Shown piece after piece: positions 1 through 12,131 of a DNA stretch of 64,000 nucleotides (position 1 is the stretch's first letter; each line of letters opens with the position of its first letter). The notes beneath the pieces were generated by a model. It had not been told where the DNA came from. It did not search any database and saw only the letters and a program-made list of their open reading frames with translations. The position numbers and the translations under genes are program-made. Origin of the DNA: Heteronotia binoei (lineage: Eukaryota); assembly GCF_032191835.1 (NCBI RefSeq), contig NC_083235.1:37014001-37078000 (forward strand), in the 5' to 3' direction.

Positions 1-325
1 TATGTTGTATTTGTCTGGCTCTTCAGATACAGAGGTTTACTTGAGTCTGCTGTTGGCTGTGGTAACTTCTGAATGACGAAAAAGCATTAGAGCTGGCCCT
101 AGGTGTCCCAACGGTTGTCGACTACCACAAACAGAATTAGCTTTGGCCTCAGGGCTGTGAGTTGGCTGGCCAATAGCTGCTGGTGGGGGAGAGCGCCCCC
201 TGCTGATCCACCAGAGTTTTCCTTGGTGGGTTCCTGATGGACAAGTGAGGCAGCTAAGTCTGAATGAGCTGACAGGATCACAGCCTGAGCTGGCAGGGCC
301 TCATCCAATGAGAGTGTTTATGACA
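1..325 (-). mobile_element. LTR-like fragment (Gypsy/ERV type), cut off by the window edge
   Basis: The minus strand begins TGTCATAAACAC at 325, a typical TG LTR start, and the composition is LTR-like. The other end is not visible. Confidence 0.4.
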
Positions 326-1034
326 GTGTGTCGGAGAATAGTGCAGTGCCTGGGAATGTATGTGTTTTAAAAATTACTCTGGAGAGAAGTCGAAAGGAAT
401 TGCTGTCTGTTGATGAACTGACCATAATTCCTCTAGCATTTTTCCCTCACTCTTTGAGTGAAGGATGCGGACTCTGGAGTACTCCTGGGGGCAGATTTCA
501 ATTAGAATTAGACATTTTGGGGAACCAGAGATTGAGGAGGTGGGAAAAATAAAATACGCACAGTACAGAAGCGGATTTTGGTATCCATTTCCTGATGGAC
601 AAAGTAATTTAGTGTTGAATACATAGGACAAGGAGCCAGCAGGCTTGAATTCCAGCACTGAAATGGGACCAGTAAGTAGATTAGGGTAAACAGACCTCAT
701 TTTGGGTAGGAGCTCACAGGAGTGAAGCTCTGGAACCTCTAAATTTTATTGTGCTCTTTCTTTCTTATCCCTACCCCACTCAAAGACTTGCTTCTGGGCT
801 CCATTGTTAAAACCCCCTGTGAGAATTTTGCTCAACTTTAAGATTTTACAAACTTTCTAATATTTGCTCCCACAAAAAAAGGGAAAATAATCAAAACATA
901 TAAAGCAGACAGACGGAAATCTTCATCATGCCATGCAGCCACATAGGGACAAGTAATTTCCAAAATATGATGGGAGTAAGGTTTTATTATGACAATTATA
1001 ATTCAGGAAGCATTTTAAGGTAGATGCTGAGCTG

Positions 1035-1620
1035 CAGGGCCAGCGCTGGGGGTTCTGCCGCAGGGCTCTGCCTGTGCTCCTGCCCTGGATCCAAGCACGC
1101 CCACTGCTGAGCCACCCCCAACTCTGCCCAGCCTTCCTGGACCCTGGGAAGGCTGAGTGGAGTCAGGGCAACAGTGGGCACACTTGGAGCCCAGGCTCCG
1201 AGCACGCCCGCTGCAGTAGCACCCTACCAACCCTGCTCAGCCTTCCTAGGACCTGGCTCTGAGCACACCCACTGCCACCCCAACCCTGCTCAGCCTTCCT
1301 GGGTGGGGTCAGGGGGTGGCCAACCTTTTGGGGAATGTGAAAGCAGCTGGGTGGCACCTGTACAAATGGCCAGGCATCGTTTGTGCTCCACGGAGCCTGC
1401 TAGGCTTTGTGGAGCACACACAGTACATGAGTAGAGGGGGCACCCTAGGTGGCTGCCTACCTGGCCTACTCCCACACACTGGCCGTGCTGAGGTGATATA
1501 ATTTAGTGCACCTTCCAGTGAAGTCAGGGGTATGTGGCATATGCAAATATTATGCAAATGAATTGTGCTAATGAGCTCTGGCACCTCTTTTTTACGAAAT
1601 GATCCCCGAGCGCATGTGAA
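1035..1620. mobile_element. GC-rich non-autonomous element(s) with internal ~55-bp tandem units
   Basis: Three imperfect copies of a ..AGCAC(G/A)CCC(A/G)CTGC..CCAAC(T/C)CTGC(C/T)CAGCCTTCCT unit at about 1086-1140, 1195-1250 and 1253-1302. The GGCTGCCTAGGGCACC-type motif is shared with 29438-29960. Confidence 0.4.
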
Positions 1621-4600
1621 GCACTGGATTCCTATAATCTTGGTTTTTAAGTTTAAAGTTGAAATCCAGAGTAGGAGAGGACTTGAAGTCTTGTGCTGGA
1701 TCTGGTGGATGAGGTTAGAGTAAGATGATTTGGAAGTTGAAACCACTCAATCTTTACTCCAGTTCTGGGAGGGAAGAGAAGCTGGTATTCTTAAAGCTGG
1801 CAGGTAAAGAATAAAGAGGGGCCACTGACAGCCTGTGGAAGGCCATATTTCCAATGATGGCAGAGAGCTGCTACACAGGCTTTGGTGGTTCTCTCTGCTG
1901 CTCTTTTTGCACCTCCACTTCCACAGCTATGTGGGGTTTTTTGGCCCATGAAGCAAAGTTCAGGTCCTTTGAGAAGACTCTCTTACAGTACTGCTGAGAA
2001 ATGTGCCATTATTAAGATGTGTTTTTAAAGCATAGGTGCCCACATTAATTTTAAGAATCTTTCTGGCTTTTATTGTGTTCACATTTTTGCCTTCTGTCAT
2101 GTGTGCATGTAGACACAAACAAATATTACTGCTGGTATTCCAGAGCAGTGAATTGGAAAGTTTCCACTGTTCAATAAGATGATCTTTCTTACAAAAATGG
2201 TACACAAGCAATGAGTGTTTGTTTAAAAAAAAAAGTGTTAATGCTAGTGTGAGGCCAGTTGTAATAGTGCCAGTGGAGTTTGACCATGTAAACTGTCTCC
2301 CACTGTTATCACAGTGGTGGTATTTGTAAGTTCCTGTTTGTGATTCCTAGAAAGAGTTTCTGTGGGCAAAATAATTTAATGTTTGATCACTTTTCATCTT
2401 CACAAATGGCCCCTGTGAGGTTATGACAGGATACACTGGGGTTATAGCTAGGAGTCAGCTGGATAGAGGTGTTGGAATTTGAGTACTAGATTTGACCAAA
2501 TTTTCACCATGTGGCCTGGGGTCCCCCAGTGGGAATTTGAGCCCAGCTCCTTTTGGTCACATCCAGCATCAAGACACCACACCAGTATCCTAGTTTTAAC
2601 ACTGGTGGTATCCTGCCATGACATTAATTCCTGTTCATTCATGTAATTGAGTAACCTGAGACAGTGGATAGAGCCATGGGATCCAGCATTGAATATTAGG
2701 ATATGATGGGATTCCTCCTTTCAGTGATGGCTGGCCAAATTGCGGGGCTTTTTGAGAATGAAATGTGGTGTATCTTATGTATGCCATCATGAGCACTTGG
2801 AGAAGTGGAAACAGATGTGATAAATACTAATATGATCTCCAGCTGCCCCTCTGTGCCTTGAAGACCTGTGTGACAAAATGAAATGTCAGCCGGTAAAAAT
2901 GTTTCTTGGAACACAGATGTAGTAGTAGGATGGCTTCACCTGGTGAATTTCTTCCTGTCACACAGTCTTAATGGCACTCAGCAGGTAAAGAGGTACCATG
3001 CCCTAGTTATATTTCCATTTTTTTTATTTTTTTAAGTTAATGCCTTTGAAGCATTTATAGGGGTATTAGAGGTTCTTTTTAGGTGCATATTTAAAAACCT
3101 ACTCCTGAATCTGCTGGGTTGTACAATCTGTTTTTGCCTCCCCCTTAAAAAAGAAGAAGAGTTTCTAGCAGTCAATTGAGGCTTGAATGACAGTTGACTC
3201 CCTTCTGTTTACTCACATAACTGACACAGCTGTGGAAGCCACTGACACCCATGACCCTGACAGGGGACCTTCTCTGAAGGCCAGTGGGCGGCTAATTTTC
3301 CCTGGCCTGCTTAATCCCCATCTCCCCTCTGCTGACGTTTCCAATTAATCCTGTCATTGTGGACACCTGTCTCCTGCTGGGGGTGGGGGGTGGGGTGGGG
3401 CTTGGGGTTTGGATCCCAACAAACTCTGCTCCAGCAGACTTGCATTTCAGTCCCTGCCCAACTGCACAGAAGCTGGCCTCTCATCTGGAAAGGAAAGCAG
3501 TTTTGTTCTCTTAACCCTGATCAATGAACCCTGCTTCAGAGATGGATAGAATTCTAGGTTTGGGAAATTCCTGTTCATTAGCAGTGGCCAAAACAGAAAA
3601 GTGTCTTATAGTTCCTTAAAGACCACTGCATTTATTGTTGAGCCAGAGCCCGCTTGGTCAGATTTCCGAAGCACACCTGGGAGTTTAATGTGAGCTGAGC
3701 TTTGCCCTGCAATCTGTCCTCTGAACCACAGCAAGGAAGAGAGCAGACTGAAGCATGTGCAGAGAAGCAGAACCAGCTCCCATCTATCTGGGATCAGGAT
3801 TAAGATTTTGGGAAAAGGAATGAATTCCCCGAAAACTTGAATCCTAGAAGTACCTCCTTAGTTGTTTAGTCACAGCTGTTTTAGGATTTTAAAATCACAC
3901 CTGACACCATTTATTATCTGATAAATCTCGCATTCAAGATGTTCCAGATGTGGATATCGAATCTGAAGTAAGGCTGAGCGGGGGGAGGGGGGCGGTGAAC
4001 CTACAGTACACACAACAAAGCTCAGGGATAGAGGCCAAGAATACGTCCCTGTGGTATGGGATTTGGGACTGACAAAGTGATGGATATTGAGAGCGACTGG
4101 CCAAGAAAGGCAAGAGTCGGTTTGATCTACTTGGGAACGCTCCAGGGTTTACTACCAGGGAAAGAGAGAGAGAGAGGTGCCACTGTAGTTCTTCCTAACC
4201 AAACAGTGCTAAGAAAAAAAACAAACAGCTGTCTGAATCCTTCCCAAATGTGTGTGTGTGTTGTTTTTAACCCCAATAAATGTGAAGCAGATTGCAAAGC
4301 ATCTCTGCATTCTAGCTTTCTGTACACCGTTTCTGGTGCACTGCTGTTAGTACCTGAGAAGCATAACTGGGAAGATTATAGTTAAAGGTCTAAGAAGGAG
4401 GAAATGGGCCAAGTGAAATGAATGGGTGACTAGAACAAGTGTTGGTACTCTTCAGGGTATAATTTCTAACAAGAAATGTGCTAAAACATTGACCTGAGTA
4501 AAAGCTATCCCTTCTGGCCTTTGAAACCATGATCTCCTATTTCTAGAGGTTGGGATCTGCCTGTTAAAATTTGATAGCGGAATGGAGAGAGAGACACAGA

Positions 4601-5918
4601 GGCAGAGACAGACAGACACTCTGTATATGCCCCAAGGCACTCTTCCATCCTTTTTTCCAATATTGCAGGTCTGAGTTTTCACATTTAAAAAAAAAACAGA
4701 TTATGGGGCTAAATCCTTGTGATCTCTTACTCCCTTTATACTCTAGTTAAGAACTGAATAAAGCCAGGAGTCCAGGAAAAAAAATAGTTCTGCCCCATTT
4801 TGCTCTGCATGGTTTCTGTGAAAGTGTGCTAGGCGATCATTTCTTAAATCAGCGTGTATTTTGGAGATTCACTGTATATTTTTGAATTATATCAGGGTGC
4901 TAAACCCCAAATAAACCTCACATTAGGTCCCCCCGCCCCCGCTGCTGCTGGATTAATGGCAGCAGTTGCAAATTAAACCTACAGTGATCTCACCCCCATT
5001 TTAATTCTCTGCTAAAATAAACTACATAAATTTAAGAGAAAGGAGGAAGGAAAGGTCTCTATTACACAGGGAATAAAAGTAAAGACATGGGTATTGCTTT
5101 CCCCTGATCTCAATTGACAGGAGGCATTTTGGTATTAAAACTAAAATTAAAAAAGCTCCTTACTGACAAATTGACTGCAAAGGGTCTCGGGGGAAAAGTT
5201 GACTGAACCAATATTACCACGTGCCGTGTCAGCTTCTATCCTTCCTGCTATTTATTATTTAATAAACAGGCAATTGTTCCTGTTCACCAAGCACAAATTG
5301 TGAAGGTGTCGAAATCTATTTTAAAGCCTCTCTTGGAAAAAAAAAGATATATCTGCATTAACTATTCCACCTAAACTTTCATCCCGATACCCCTTGAAAT
5401 CTAAGCTGCTATTTTAGGAACAGAAGATCTTTATTCTTAGCTGGAAGGTTCGTAGGGGGCAGGGGGGGCACTCATGAAGCATAAATCATGCCAAACATTA
5501 CTTAGGTGTCTGGATGCTTTAGTGTATCACTCAGATTGTGTGTGTGTTTGTGTGGTGGGGACAAAAACACTCTCAACTTGATACAAGTCTACAATCATGT
5601 CAAGTCATGCCAGTTTTATAATGCAGAGGCTGAACTCAGAATTTATCTTAGGTAGCACTTTCAATATCCAAATATTGCTAGGAATTAACTGATTTTTTTT
5701 GGGGGGGGGGTGGAGACAGAACTGTGATGTTAATGATGATATTATTGAAGAGTTGTGTGACATTGACTCTGTTCCAATTTTTTTAAGTGTCCAAGATCCG
5801 TGAACATAATGAAGGGTGATAAGGATTTTGAACTCCTCCTAATATTTCTGTAGCAATTAAAAGGGGCGGGGGAGAGAAAGAAGCTTTATACCACTTCAGA
5901 ACCAGTCTTCCAGAACCA

Positions 5919-6100
5919 CAGTAGATTCTTTTGGTCAGTTTTCTAAGGAAGCGAACAAAAACTTTATTTTAGTTAAAAGGTATAATTTAATTGGGTAATG
6001 GAAACATCTGTTCCAGTTGTTTCCATTACCCAATTATACCTTTGAACTAAAATAAAGTTTTTGTTCACTTCCTTAGAAAACTGACCCAAAGAATCTACTG
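5919..6100. mobile_element. Palindromic MITE (Tc1/mariner-like CAGTAG ends) forming a ~87-bp hairpin
   Basis: The left arm CAGTAGATTCTTTTGGTCAG...GGAAACATCTG is the reverse complement of the right arm CAGTTGTTTCC...GAATCTACTG, with 4 substitutions, one 5-nt indel and a 3-nt loop. Confidence 0.7.
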
Positions 6101-6294
6101 TTATCTAACATCAGGCTTTCTGTTATAAAAATGCTCTGAGACAACAGATCCAAATCAGGCATGGATCCACTGAGTTACATTGGTGCAATTCTTCCTTACA
6201 CTTTTATTACTGGGGCTGGTTCATGTGTTATAGATTAAGAGTTTACCCTGAATGTCTGAAGGGGGTGTACCTGTCTGACTGCATCCATGTGGGT

Positions 6295-6509
6295 TAGGGT
6301 TGCCAGGGCTGTGTTGGAAAATATCTGGAGACTTTGGGGGTGGAGCTGGGAGAGGATGGGGTTTGGGGAGGGGGCAAGCCTCAGCATGGTACAATGCCAT
6401 ATTCACACTTCAAATCACCCATTTTCTCCAGGGGAGTTGCTCTCTACAGCTGGAGACCAGTTGCAAAAGCGGAAGATCTCCAGGGCCCACCTGGAGGCTG
6501 GCAACCCTG
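6295..6509. mobile_element. hAT-type MITE, TAGGGTTGCCA TIR family
   Basis: TAGGGTTGCCAG...CTGGCAACCCTG ends. The body is shared with copies at 30684, 31875, 33039 and 38861. Confidence 0.75.
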
Positions 6510-9500
6510 TTTTACAGCTTCAAAAGCACATGGTGTACACTCTTAATCCATAACATGTGAAATGGTGTCCTCATTGCAATATGAAAGAAACATGCAGCTA
6601 AAGCAAATTTAATATTTGCAAAATGTCCTTGTGAGGCATTGGGCAGTAGAAATTAATCCTTTTTGAGTTTGGTTGATCTGCAGTTTTGTACAGCGAGATT
6701 ATCTTTGACTCTTAAAATACCTTTTGACATAAAATACTCTGTCTTTCTCACTCCCTGTGTATATAATATAAATATACCCTTTTAATTTCAGCATCTCCCA
6801 GAGCATTGTGTTGGAACTCCCAGCTAACACATGTCTATGTATATTGATTTGAGGAAAAGAGACGACAGATGCCTCTCTTGAGATGCTGCTTTCATTAGTT
6901 CGGGTGGCTTGTCAAGAGATAACAGGGATGCATTTTAAATTTCAGATCAATGACTTATTTATCTTTAACAAATGGAAAGAGTGGAAGATGACACATCATT
7001 CCATTTAACACTATATAGGTGTTATATATAGGTGCCCTAGGTGAAGAGGTTTTTTTTAAAAGACTTTAAAAATGTTATACAAAAGTTTTCTTTTGGGTAA
7101 TATCTTACTTCCTGCCTCTGGCATCCAAGAAAGCTTATTCAATAAAGTAAGTGATCATTCTGTATGCTTTTCTAAACAACAACAATAAAAGAGGTGCACT
7201 TATTGAAAACTTTCCACCCACCTGCAGCTTCAGAGTGGTTGCTGATAAAAATGTAAAAATAAGGCAGAGGTCATATTGGAGCCAAGCAAAAGACCCTGAA
7301 AAGGGTTTTGATGGACAGATATACTTAGTTGTGTGCATGTGAAGTCATATACCATGCAAAAAAAAAAATGAATGGGTGGACTGTACTTGGCATTTTGTCA
7401 GCATTTTATAAATAACTCTTCTGTTTGGATTTGTAACCCTGACATGTATCTTAACTGCAGTCTATCTGTATGTTTTGACCTGTTGATATTTATACATATG
7501 AATATAATGCAGTAAGGAAGCCATTACAAAGTTTTTGTAAGAGGTATGCATGTACATATAAATTATGGAGATTTGTGATCAGTGCTACTTTGCAAGTATA
7601 TATTAGTAAGTTATAGATGTATACAGGTACTTACTTTATATTTATATGTTTATATATACAGTTATGACTGCAAATAAAATTAAATATTGTATAAGATATA
7701 TAAATTAAAACATTTATTCCTCCAGCATCTCCACATGATTTAATAATGCACAAAAGAGAGAGAGAGAGAGAGATTTCAATGCAGAGAAAATATGGGTGTC
7801 CTTATAATAATCATTTAACATATATAGATGTACATATGCACCCAGTAAAAATAGTGATACAATGCTATTCTTATATGGAATGCATACTGGACAATCATTA
7901 CAGTATATTTGTATGTGTAAATATGTCTAGCATTTAAACAAAGAAACAGTTTTGTACTTTTTTAAGATACAGAGGTATATGGGGATAAATTATGATTAAA
8001 TATACATGTATGCTGCAGTTAAATATAAATGTATAGTTTGCATAGTATGCACTTTATATCTAATGTATGGTTGTCAATGTTGTTCTGTAATATTTTTAAA
8101 ATTGAAAGAAAACTATTTTATGTCTTTGACTCTTAGACAAAGCTCACAAGACCTACTCCCATTGTTTTCACGAATTAAATGAGCTCTGCTTCCTCTTCCA
8201 TTATTGCCAATTCTATTAAACTTTAGAATCTTTAGTAGCAAACTGTGTGTTTGGATGCTTGTTCTGATTGCCAGGTGGAATGTTTGTGTCTAATTTCTTC
8301 TTTCGCTGTATGCAGACAAAGAGTGTGTGTTTGGTTATACTACCTGAAGTAAAGTTTCACACTAGATTTTTAATAAGCAATATTTTAAAAGGAATGTTCT
8401 CCCTACTCAGCTAGATTAAAAATATGCATATATGGCAAGCATGTATACTGTGATTTTCCTTTAAGGAATTATGAATAACCAAATACATTTTTCTCCTGAG
8501 ATTGCCTATTGTTCTATATTTTATATGATAAAAACTAAATGGAGAGAAGGAGTGGGCAGGTGAGATCCCAATGCAGTTTCCAATTTAAGGTAATTTTAAA
8601 ATTTAACTGACAGCCATATAGGGCGGCAAATCCATAGGGACTTTTTTTAATGGCAAAGGGAATGTTAAATGAATCTCAGTGGAATTCAATGCTTCATATG
8701 CATTTTTCATTTGTCAAACATTATCTTTATTTTTGTCCTTCTCAAAGAGAACCCTTAACAATAGAATGAACAATCTTTTAGAAAGACAGGAATATTTTCA
8801 GTATTACCTGGTTCCTCTGATAAATAACCTGAGGAGAGCTTTGTAATAGTGATTTAGTTGTATAACCCTTAATTAATTGAAAGCCTCCTCTGGAAGCAGT
8901 AAGAGTACATAATTTGCAGCCATGAATGCAATTTCTAATTGATTTATAAAGTACTCTAAAGTTAGAGAAATTATAATTCCTTTTCCCCCTTCAACTTTCC
9001 CTGGGGAGAAAAAAAAACCACTCTTCTTTATGACAGATTAGTAACATACAATGCAATCTTAAACATGTCCACTCAGAATCCTACTCAGGTCTATTCAGTG
9101 GGGCTTACTCCTAGGAAAAGTGTTCTTAGGATTGCACAGCAAGTCCCCAGAGCTGAAATGAACTGTGCTCCAAATATCCGACTTGAGAAGTTTCTGTAAT
9201 TGAAGTAAATCTCAGCTTTCACTAAGTTTTGAGGAACTGTCAGTCCTAAGTCTTCATGGGCAGAGAGTTGGAAGGATTTAAAAAATGGATGGGTGGAGCC
9301 ATTGAGGTCAGTTGAGAGGAGTTAGGGCATTTAAGAAGAAGATGAAGATGAAGAAGATGAGGAGGAAGAGCTAAAGGAGCTAAAGAGAGTGGGTGTGGGA
9401 GGAGCTAAAGAGAGTGGGTGTGGCTAGTAGCTGGAGTGGGTCAAAAGTTTGAAAAGGTAATTGAAAGTAGGCTGCAGGTGAAATGGGGCGTCCTAATTAA

Positions 9501-9566
9501 TGAGGCTATAGGTGGAATGGTAATGGGTGGAGCAACCATTTTGTTTGTCAGTGAAATAGGAGGCTA

Positions 9567-10679
<1,113 letters not shown>

Positions 10680-11059
10680 TCAGGAAGAAAGTCTGTGTGT
10701 GCATGCATGAGTGTGTGTGTATATATATTTGCCTTCCTTTCTCTTCTCCACTTGAGAACTGGCGTAGCAGCTCCAGGCTCCTTGTGCCAGATCATATGGT
10801 CATCAACGGGAAACCGGAGGGGGAGAGAGAGGTTTCCCAACAACCAGTTCATCCACCACCCCTCCCTAGCACATGCAAAACCCTTTCCACAAACTCCAGA
10901 AGAGAAGATCAGACTGAGCTGCCCAAGATGCAAAAAGTAGCTTTAAGCCAACCAGAGCGACCTCTGGTGCTTCGCAAAGGAGGCGAGGCTCTGCCACTGA
11001 GATGCATCTGCCTGGAGCCTGGAAGTGTCTCATTCCATCCATAGCAGCAGCTTGAATCT

Positions 11060-11555
11060 CTGCGCGTATTTGCATGAGCCAGGGACGGATTGTCAGGAAT
11101 GTGGGGGACTGGAGGCCTCCGTCCTCAGGTGCTGCTGGCAGGGATCCATGTGGACAAACATCACTGCCATAGTTCTGTCAGGGGGGAGAAGAAAAAGGAG
11201 ACTCGGAGAGGTGCACACCCCCTTCCTTTTGCCGTATGTGTGTGGGCACTTGCATCGCCTTGGAATGACAGATGTATTCTGTGCGACCCCCCCCCCCCCA
11301 CACACACCTTCCATCTTTTAGGCTGTGCTCACTCTGCCTGCATCCCAGCTGTCCCCCAGCCTCGCTGGCATCTAGAGTCATGTTTAAGGATGTGTTTTAT
11401 ATGCTGGGGTTGTATCGTTTCCCCCACGCAATTAAGTGCTTTACCTTTGTGCCTCCTTTGCCTCTCTCGGTGGAGATTGATTAACGGCTGACAGATCCAG
11501 CAGGAATCTCCTACAGGGGCTGCAAGCCATCACATTCATTAATTAATCAATTATT
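11060..11555. promoter_or_regulatory. Putative C1QL4 promoter-proximal region with octamer and homeodomain/MEIS motifs
   Basis: ATTTGCAT octamer at 11068-11075 next to GCGCG; ATTGATTAA at ~11475-11483; TGACAG at 11489-11494; an ATTAATTAATCAATTA cluster at ~11538-11553. Motif matches only; the TSS is unknown. Confidence 0.3.
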
Positions 11556-11956
11556 CCCCCTCTCCCCAAACTCCCATCTCTCTCACACACGCACAGGCAC
11601 ACACACACATATACGCACTTACATGCTGTACAGAGGGAGGTGCCGTATGCTCTTATGACTCAGTCTTTTGAGAGCAGGACGGGGGTGGGGGTGGGGTTTG
11701 ATATCTGGGACTTCGAAGTTAGATACCACAGAAATGGGTGAAGGCAGCCAGCAATACCTATGGAAGAGAAAGAGGGCATCTGTGTATTTGTGTGTAAAAT
11801 GTGTGTGGGCAGGGTTAAGATTAATATGGGACTGGAGAAGGTGTGAGTAATTCAAGCATGTACATGTAAAAGTGGAAATGGTGGCTTTTTGAGTGTGTGA
11901 AAGTGTGATGATGGGTTGAGTATATGTATCGGATCACTGTCTAAATGGAAGGAAGG

Positions 11957-12131
11957 TGGCATGGTATAGCCTGACTGCCTCAGATCTCAAAAGCTAAGCA
12001 GGGTAGGGAGAGACCACCAAGGAAGGCTCTGCAGAGGAAGGTAATGGCAAACCACCTCTGCTTCTCACTGGCTTTGAGAGCCTCTGGCTGGGGTCTCCAG
12101 TAGCTGCAACTGGACAGCACTTTATGCACAC
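11957..12131 (+). mobile_element. Degenerate 5S rRNA-derived SINE with RTE/BovB-like tail
   Basis: GCCTGA..CAGATCTCAAAAGCTAAGCAGGGT..GGGAGAGACC resembles the 5S internal region. The GGTAATGGCAAACCACCTCTG...GCACTTTATGCACAC tail is as in Sauria-type SINEs. Confidence 0.55.

Noticed and set aside
9376-9423. 23-bp direct repeat pair, plus the 19-bp pair at ~12358-12404 and (AAAACAGTA)3 at ~53432, as CRISPR-like arrays
   Set aside because: These have only 2-3 units, no unique spacers of constant length, and a vertebrate context. They are ordinary slippage duplications.
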